A stretch of DNA of 32,000 nt from Geobacter metallireducens GS-15 (GTDB lineage: Bacteria > Desulfobacterota > Desulfuromonadia > Geobacterales > Geobacteraceae), in the NCBI RefSeq assembly GCF_000012925.1, contig NC_007517.1:150001-182000 (forward strand), in the 5' to 3' direction. This document shows, one piece after another, positions 25,822-32,000 of the stretch. Under the pieces are notes generated by a model, which had not been told where the DNA came from, did no database searches, and saw nothing but the letters and a program-made list of their open reading frames with translations. Each line of letters starts with the position of its first letter. Position 1 is the stretch's first letter. The translations under genes and the position numbers were made by a program.

Positions 25822-28800
25822 ATGACCAACAAGACCATCGACCCCTCCGGCCTCGTCCCCCCCGAGCGGGACGCCTGCGCCATCATCTGCTACATCAACA
25901 AGGAGGCGCGGCCGACCCACGGCAACGTCCAGCGGACCATCGAGGCCCTCATCAAGATGGGGCACCGGGCCGGGGAGATCAACGGCGAAGGGGACGGCTG
26001 CGGCGTGCTGACCGACATTCCCCGCATGATCTGGCGGGAGGTGCTGGCCGGCGCCGGCCATGACCCGAACCTGGCCGAAATGCCGGGCTTTGCGGTGGGG
26101 CATCTGCTGCTCCCCAAAGAGGCCACGGCGGCCGATCCGCAACTGCAGGACAAAATTCTTGCCCGCTTTGCCACGGCCGGGGTCCAGCTTCTGGTGGAGC
26201 GCCCCGGCATCGTCCGGAGCGAGGTCCTCTCCAGCCGCGCCCGGGAGGGTGAGCCCCTCTTCTGGCAGGTGGCGCTGCTCTGCCCGGAGAAGGTGGCGGC
26301 GCCCGCGCTCCTCTTCGAGCTCCAGACGGCCATCGAGCGGGATTTCCCGGTGCACGTGGCGTCGCTGTCGGCTGACGTTGCCGCCTGGAAGGTCCACGGC
26401 TCGCCGGAGATCCTCTCCCGTTACTATCCCGAGCTGAAGCGCCGGGAGTTCCTCTCTTCGGTCACCATCGGCCACAGCCGCTACTCCACCAACACCCTCC
26501 CCACGGTGCTCCGGGCCCAGCCCTTCTCGCTCTTGGGGCACAACGGCGAGATCAACACCATCGCCCGGCTCCGGGAGGAGGCCCGGATGATGGGGATACC
26601 GCTTTTCGCCGACGGCTCCGACTCCCAGGACCTGAACCGGACCCTGGAAGGGCTCATGTTCCGCTACGGCCTCACTCTCTTCGAGGCCATGGAGGTGGTC
26701 TTTCCGCCGATCTTCAGCGCCATGGACGGCATGGCGCCGGAGCTAAAGTCCATGTACACCTGGTTCCGCCGCTTCCTGAAGGCGAGCGCCCAGGGGCCGG
26801 CGGCCATCATCGCCCGGCATCGGGAACTCTGTGTCTTCAGCGTGGATGCCATGGGGCTGCGCCCCCTCTGGGTGGGGGAGACGACCAAGGAGATCTTCGC
26901 CTCCTCGGAGCTGGGGGTGGTCCCCCACGAGGAGATTTTGGCCGACCCGAAGCCCCTGGCTCCGGGCGAGAAGGTGGGGGTACGGATCGCGGCGGGGCGC
27001 ACGGTGGAACTCGTGGACCATCCGGCGCTCAGGCAGGAGATCTACCAGAGCTTCCGGAAGCGGACGAACCTTCCGGCCCAGGAGAAGGCCCTTGCCGCCG
27101 GCGCTGAGTTGCAAGGTGGGGCCCCCGCGCTTGCGGCCCGCTTTGGGCGAAACAGTAAACTCCACCAGGACAACCTCATGTCGGCCTTTGCCTGGAAATC
27201 CAGCGACCTCTCCAATCTCCGGGAGATGGCGAAAAACGGCTCCGACCCCATCGCCTCCCTGGGGTACGACGGCCCCCTGGCCTCCCTCTCCAACCAGCGC
27301 CAGAACCTCTCCGACTACTTCAAGGAGCAGGTGGCGGTGGTGACCAACCCCGCCATCGACCGGGAGCGGGAGGCGGAGCACTTCTCCACCCGGGTTTACC
27401 TGGGGCCCCGGCCCCAGTTCCGGGGTCCGGCCCGGCCGGGAGTAGCCCTGGAGGTGCCGCTTCTGACCGGCGGCCGCCGCACCGGCACCGATCCGGACGA
27501 CGTTGCGGTGGCCCGGGAGTTCGGCACCGCCACCCTGGAGGGGCTCGTGGCCGCCTTCGGCGAGGGAAAGGGGCGCTGCCGGGTGATCCCCTGCTTCATG
27601 GGAAAAGACGAGCGCCTCGGCGACGCCCTGGCGCGTCTCACGTGCGAAGCGGTGGGAGCGGTGACCCGCGGCGCGACAATGCTCCTCCTGGACGACAGCG
27701 ACTGTTTCGGGCCGGGAAAGAGCTTCATCGACCCGTTCCTGGTAACGGCGGTCCTCCACAAGGGGCTCAAGGAGACCACCGACTCCGCCGGCGAGAGCCA
27801 GCGCCGCCGGGCATCGCTGGTGGTCCGCTCCGGGGCGCTCCGGAGCCTCCATGATCTCATCTTCGCCCTCGGCATGGGTGCCGACGCCCTCTGCCCCTAC
27901 CTCATGTGGGAAGGGGCCGGCGACACGGCCGGGGTGCGGAACCTCCTCTCGGTCCTCGCCAAGGGGCTCGAAAAGGTCATCTCCACCATGGGGACCCACG
28001 AGATCGGCGGCTACGGCAAGTACTTCGCCTCCATCGGCCTCTGTGGGCACCTGGCCGGGATCTTCGAGACCCCCAACTTCTGCGGCTCGGGGCAGGGAGG
28101 ACTCACCCTGGAGCGGCTGGAGGCCGAGAACCGCTCCCGTTCCGCCGTGGCCCGCAGCCGCCAGAAGCAGCCGGTGCCGGTGCAGTTCCGCCTTTATCCG
28201 AAGATCTGGAAGATGGTGGGGGCCGTGGCCAAGATGGAGGAGACCTACGCCGACCTCTCCCGCCTCATCCAGCAGCTAGAAGCGGAGAATCCCCTGGCCA
28301 TCCGGCATCTGCTGGACCTCCGCTACACCTCGGAGCTGACCGTGGACCCGGACGAGGTGGACACCTCCGTGGGTGACCACACCCTGCCGATTCTCTTCTC
28401 GGCCATGAGCTTCGGCTCCCAGGGGGAAACCCCTTTTAGGATCTACGCCGAGGCGGCGAAGCGCCTCAACATCGTCTGCATGAACGGCGAGGGGGGAGAG
28501 ATCGCCGACATGCTGGGCCAATACCGGAAGAACCGGGGGCAGCAGATCGCCTCGGGGCGCTTCGGGGTAAACATGGCGTTCCTCAACTCCGCCGACTTCC
28601 TGGAGATCAAGGTGGGCCAAGGGGCCAAGCCGGGCGAAGGGGGGCATCTCCCCGGCTTCAAGGTGACCGCCAAGATCGCGGCGGCCCGGCACGCCACGCC
28701 CGGCGTCTCCCTCATCTCACCCTCCAACAACCACGACATCTACTCCATCGAGGACCTGGCCCAGATCGTGGAGGAGCTCCGGACCGCCAACCCGACGGCC

Positions 28801-30354
28801 CGCATCTCGGTGAAGGTGCCGGCGGTGGCGGGGATCGGCACCATCGCCCTCGGGGTGGCCAAGGCCGGGGCCGACATCATCACCATCAGCGGCTACGACG
28901 GCGGCACCGGCGCGGCCCGCAAGCACGCCATCAAATTCGTGGGGCTCCCGGCGGAGATCGGGGTCTCCGAGGCCCACAAGGCCCTCGTCTCGGCCGGGAT
29001 GCGGCAGAAGGTCGAAATCTGGGCCGACGGCGGCGCCCGCACCGGCCGCGACGTGGTGAAGCTGATGCTCCTCGGCGCCAACCGGGTCGGCTTCGGCACC
29101 ATGGCCATGGTGGTCATCGGCTGCACCGCCTGCCGGGGGTGCCACCTCGGCACCTGCCACGTGGGAATCGCCACCCAGATCGAGACCACGGAAGAGGCGG
29201 AAGCGAGGGGGCTCAAGCGGTTCGTCCCCCGGGTCCTGGAGAACGGGGTCATTTACATGTGCACCTTCTTCCGGGGGATGAGCCGGGAGATCCGGATCCT
29301 CACCGCCAAGCTCGGTTTCCGGCGGACCCGGGACATGGTGGGGCGGAGCGACCTCCTCGGCCAGGCCCGGGGTCTCGACCGCCTCGACCTGGCGGAGCTA
29401 CTTCGCCCGGCCCAATCGGCGGAAGCCTCCTCCTTCGAGCCCGAGGTGCGCATCATCCGCAAGCCCCTCAACTATCTCACATCCCTCATCTCCGGGCTCG
29501 TGACCGACGCCTTTGCCGCGGGGGAGGAGCGGGTCCGCTACGACGACGACAACGCCACCAGCTCCGACCGGGCCATCGGCACCCATCTGGCCGGCGCCTA
29601 CGTGCGGGGGATGGCCGAGGGACGCTTCCGCCCCGAACAGAACGCCCTCCTCCAGTTCCACCGGGATGCCATCCCGGGCAACGGCCTTGCCGCCTTCTCC
29701 ATCAACCGGATCAACATCCTGGTGGAGGGGGGGGCCCAGGACGGGGTCGGGAAGTGCGCCTCCGGCGGAAAAATCGTCATCCTCAAGGGGGAGAACCGGG
29801 AAGGGCGCCGGGTGGGGGGAACCGTGGGCAAGGGGCTCGCCTACGGCGCCCAGGGGGGAACCTTCCTCATCCAGGGGGATGCCGACAGCCGGGCCTGCAT
29901 CCGCCTCTCCGGGGCCGACGTGGTCTTCGGTTCCCGCATCCGGGAACCCCTGGACGACTCCCGGGGAGACACGGCCTGCCGGGCAAATCTCAAGGGGTTC
30001 GCCTTCGAGTACATGACCGCGGGGCGCGTGGTTGTCCTCGGCGATCCCGGCCCCTGGATCTGCTCCGGCATGACCGGCGGCGTGGTCTACTGTCGCCTGG
30101 ACGGGGCCATGGGGCTCGACCGCGAGGCCCTGCGCCGGCGCCTGGCCCGGGGAGCCGGGGTGGAAATCCGCGACATCGGGGAGGAGGATGTGGCGGCCAT
30201 CGGTGAACTGCTGCTCAAATACCACCGGGAGCTCCTCCACTCCCACCAGGAGGAGGAAGCCGACGCCGTGGAGAGAATCATTGCCGCGGCCCGGAGCGGC
30301 TTTGTGAAGATCGTGCCGGAAAAAAATATTGTTACCCCCCGGAGTACGGAGTGA
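25822..30354 (+). CDS. gltB: Glutamate synthase large subunit-type protein (Ntn amidotransferase + FMN/3Fe-4S + GXGXG domains)
   Basis: 1510 aa. Ntn Cys in 'ERDA-CAIICY', 'HSRYSTNT', FMN domain 'GEGGE...KVGQGAKPGEGGHLPG', cluster ligands 'CTACRGCHLGTCHVGIATQ', and a C-terminal beta-helix with 'GNGLAAF...GGAQDGVG'. Confidence 0.93.
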   Translation: MTNKTIDPSGLVPPERDACAIICYINKEARPTHGNVQRTIEALIKMGHRAGEINGEGDGCGVLTDIPRMIWREVLAGAGHDPNLAEMPGFAVGHLLLPKEATAADPQLQDKILARFATAGVQLLVERPGIVRSEVLSSRAREGEPLFWQVALLCPEKVAAPALLFELQTAIERDFPVHVASLSADVAAWKVHGSPEILSRYYPELKRREFLSSVTIGHSRYSTNTLPTVLRAQPFSLLGHNGEINTIARLREEARMMGIPLFADGSDSQDLNRTLEGLMFRYGLTLFEAMEVVFPPIFSAMDGMAPELKSMYTWFRRFLKASAQGPAAIIARHRELCVFSVDAMGLRPLWVGETTKEIFASSELGVVPHEEILADPKPLAPGEKVGVRIAAGRTVELVDHPALRQEIYQSFRKRTNLPAQEKALAAGAELQGGAPALAARFGRNSKLHQDNLMSAFAWKSSDLSNLREMAKNGSDPIASLGYDGPLASLSNQRQNLSDYFKEQVAVVTNPAIDREREAEHFSTRVYLGPRPQFRGPARPGVALEVPLLTGGRRTGTDPDDVAVAREFGTATLEGLVAAFGEGKGRCRVIPCFMGKDERLGDALARLTCEAVGAVTRGATMLLLDDSDCFGPGKSFIDPFLVTAVLHKGLKETTDSAGESQRRRASLVVRSGALRSLHDLIFALGMGADALCPYLMWEGAGDTAGVRNLLSVLAKGLEKVISTMGTHEIGGYGKYFASIGLCGHLAGIFETPNFCGSGQGGLTLERLEAENRSRSAVARSRQKQPVPVQFRLYPKIWKMVGAVAKMEETYADLSRLIQQLEAENPLAIRHLLDLRYTSELTVDPDEVDTSVGDHTLPILFSAMSFGSQGETPFRIYAEAAKRLNIVCMNGEGGEIADMLGQYRKNRGQQIASGRFGVNMAFLNSADFLEIKVGQGAKPGEGGHLPGFKVTAKIAAARHATPGVSLISPSNNHDIYSIEDLAQIVEELRTANPTARISVKVPAVAGIGTIALGVAKAGADIITISGYDGGTGAARKHAIKFVGLPAEIGVSEAHKALVSAGMRQKVEIWADGGARTGRDVVKLMLLGANRVGFGTMAMVVIGCTACRGCHLGTCHVGIATQIETTEEAEARGLKRFVPRVLENGVIYMCTFFRGMSREIRILTAKLGFRRTRDMVGRSDLLGQARGLDRLDLAELLRPAQSAEASSFEPEVRIIRKPLNYLTSLISGLVTDAFAAGEERVRYDDDNATSSDRAIGTHLAGAYVRGMAEGRFRPEQNALLQFHRDAIPGNGLAAFSINRINILVEGGAQDGVGKCASGGKIVILKGENREGRRVGGTVGKGLAYGAQGGTFLIQGDADSRACIRLSGADVVFGSRIREPLDDSRGDTACRANLKGFAFEYMTAGRVVVLGDPGPWICSGMTGGVVYCRLDGAMGLDREALRRRLARGAGVEIRDIGEEDVAAIGELLLKYHRELLHSHQEEEADAVERIIAAARSGFVKIVPEKNIVTPRSTE

Positions 30355-30390
30355 TACAATCCGTTCCGGCGAATACAAGGAGGTAGTGCC

Positions 30391-30579
30391 ATGGCCCGCA
30401 ACGTTTACGTCGAGAAAGATGTCTGCATCAGCTGCGGTCTCTGCGTTGAGACGGTCCCCGAAGTGTTCCGTTTCGACGACGACAACCTGGCCGAGGCTTA
30501 CGACCCGGCCGGCGCCGCCGAGGAGAAAATCCAGGAGGCCATCGACGCCTGCCCGGTCTCCTGCATCCACTGGGGGTAG
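30391..30579 (+). CDS. Small single-cluster [4Fe-4S]/[3Fe-4S] ferredoxin
   Basis: 62 aa with 'CISCGLC...CP'. RBS AAGGAGG. Confidence 0.85.
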   Translation: MARNVYVEKDVCISCGLCVETVPEVFRFDDDNLAEAYDPAGAAEEKIQEAIDACPVSCIHWG

Positions 30580-30612
30580 CCGGGCGCCAAATCCCATGAA
30601 ACAGGAAGACCA

Positions 30613-31827
30613 ATGATTATCCTTATCCTGAACTGCCGGGGCTTTTCCATCCATTTCCAACTCTTCGACTGGTCCACCCGCACCATCCTCGCCCGGGGGG
30701 ACGTGGACCGGATCGAGCTGGGCGATTCCTTCATTGTCATGGAAGTCCCGGGCCGGGACCCCTACCATCTGGACTCGGACTGCTCCAGCTTCGGAGCCGC
30801 TGTGGCCCTCATCCTCTCCACCCTCACCCATCCCCTGGAGGGACCCCTTGACCGGGTCGAACAGATTGCCGCCGTGGGGCATCGGGTTGCCCATGGCGGC
30901 GAGCGGTTCACCTCGTCGGTCACCATCAACGAAGAGATCATTGCGGCGGTCCGGGGATTCGAGGAGCTGGCACCGCTCCACATTCCCGCGAACCTGGCGG
31001 GGATCGAGGGGGCCATGGCAACCCTTCCCCGCACCCCCCACGTGGCAGTCTTCGACTCGGCCTTCCATCAGACGATGCCCCTCCACGCCTACATCTACCC
31101 CCTCCCCTGGGAGTGGTACGAAAAGCACGGCGTGCGACGCTATGGCTTCCACGGCGCACCCCACTGCTACGCGGCGCAGCGGGGTGCGGCCCTCTTGGGG
31201 CGCGATCCGGCGGCATGCAACCTGGTCACCGTCCACATCGGCAATGGCACCTCCCTCTGCGCCGTGGAGGGGGGACGCTCCATCGACACGAGCATGGGGC
31301 TCACCCCCCTGGAGGGGACCATGATGGGGACCCGCTGCGGCTCCATCGATCCCGGCATCCCCCCCTTCATGATGCAGGAGGAGCAGCTTGCTCCCCGGGA
31401 CATGGACCGGATCCTCAACCAGCGGAGCGGGGCAGCGGGAATCACCGGGCTGAAGCTGGATCGGGCTGCGTTCCTGGCCCGGGCCGCAGAAGGAAACGAG
31501 CGGTGCCTCCTGGCCCTGGAGATGGAGGCCTACCGCCTCAAGAAGCACATCGGCGGCTACGCCGCGGCTCTCGGCCGGCTCGACGCCGTGGTCTTCAGCA
31601 CCGCCTCGGGGGAAGGGGAATGGCTCGTGCGGGAGAAGACCCTCGCCGACATGGAAATCTTCGGCATCCGGCTCGACCGGGAGCGGAACCGGGCGGCCCG
31701 TTCCGTGGAGCGGGAGGAGCGGATCAGCGCCGACGACTCCCCCGTGGCGGTCTACGTGGTCCACACCGAAGAAGAGATGGTCTATGCCGAGGAGGTGGCG
31801 GCCCTCCTGAACGGCGCCGGGGGATGA
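30613..31827 (+). CDS. Acetate/propionate kinase family protein (divergent paralog)
   Basis: 'GHRVAHGGERF', 'VAVFDSAFHQTMP', 'RRYGFHGAPH', 'HIGNGTSLCAV', 'DTSMGLTPLEGTMMGTRCGSIDPG'. The N-terminal phosphate loop is atypical. Confidence 0.82.
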   Translation: MIILILNCRGFSIHFQLFDWSTRTILARGDVDRIELGDSFIVMEVPGRDPYHLDSDCSSFGAAVALILSTLTHPLEGPLDRVEQIAAVGHRVAHGGERFTSSVTINEEIIAAVRGFEELAPLHIPANLAGIEGAMATLPRTPHVAVFDSAFHQTMPLHAYIYPLPWEWYEKHGVRRYGFHGAPHCYAAQRGAALLGRDPAACNLVTVHIGNGTSLCAVEGGRSIDTSMGLTPLEGTMMGTRCGSIDPGIPPFMMQEEQLAPRDMDRILNQRSGAAGITGLKLDRAAFLARAAEGNERCLLALEMEAYRLKKHIGGYAAALGRLDAVVFSTASGEGEWLVREKTLADMEIFGIRLDRERNRAARSVEREERISADDSPVAVYVVHTEEEMVYAEEVAALLNGAGG

Positions 31828-31889
31828 CAAACGCCTGAAACGGGGTAAACTGTTTTTCTCACCGAATTCCATCCACCAAGGAGAGACTT

Positions 31890-32000
31890 ATGTCGCTGGA
31901 AGGCAAACAAGCCCCCGACTTCACCCTGGAAGGGAGCGACGGAAGGAAGCACTCCCTGAAGGATTACGCAGGGAAGACCACCGTCATCTATTTTTACCCC
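31890..32000 (+). CDS. bcp: Peroxiredoxin (Bcp/AhpC-TSA family), N-terminal part (3' end outside window)
   Basis: 'MSLEGKQAPDFTLEGSDGRKHSLKDYAGKTTVIYFYP' after AAGGAGAG. It runs off the window just before the catalytic Cys. Confidence 0.8.
   Translation, partial: MSLEGKQAPDFTLEGSDGRKHSLKDYAGKTTVIYFYP

Noticed and set aside
29398-31872. 824-aa ORF on the minus strand spanning the end of gltB, the ferredoxin and the acetate-kinase paralog
   Set aside because: It is antisense to three well-supported plus-strand genes and runs straight through their intergenic RBS regions. Its composition is Gly/Ala/Pro/Val/Asp/Glu-heavy with no recognisable motifs, which is typical of a GC-rich shadow ORF.

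Overview
High-GC, densely coded chromosomal segment that looks Geobacter/Desulfuromonadales-like, judged from a multiheme cytochrome, a GEMM-I riboswitch and codon bias. I call about 30 CDS on both strands. Most are housekeeping or core metabolism: uvrA, ppk1, corA, a phosphohexomutase, cyclophilin PPIase, gltB, a ferredoxin, an acetate-kinase paralog and bcp. The long Pro/Arg/Gly-rich ORFs antisense to these genes are GC-driven shadow ORFs. The non-ordinary content is:
1. A GEMM-I cyclic-dinucleotide riboswitch with a sigma54-like promoter and an intrinsic terminator. It sits ahead of a secreted Pro-rich protein, and the specificity position aligns to the cGAMP-type A.
2. A ~1.25 kb lower-GC IS110-family element inserted in the loop of a 15-bp intergenic hairpin. 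Its 5' leader carries 8-13 nt matches to the insertion site, which is bridge-RNA-like.
3. An HTH/S24 LexA-like repressor that has lost the scissile Ala-Gly, the catalytic Ser and the catalytic Lys. It is divergent from a small ORF across an AT-rich repeat-bearing region and lies next to uvrA.
4. A tightly packed radical-SAM/DUF4130/DUF2288/DUF1847 cluster convergent with uvrA.
5. A ~198-bp imperfect palindrome between short-form ccsA-like and resB-like genes, which are divergent from an octaheme cytochrome.
6. A thiolase-like protein with Cys->Ser at the nucleophile position and an extra C-terminal OB-fold-like domain.
All family names come from motif recognition by eye. No searches were run.
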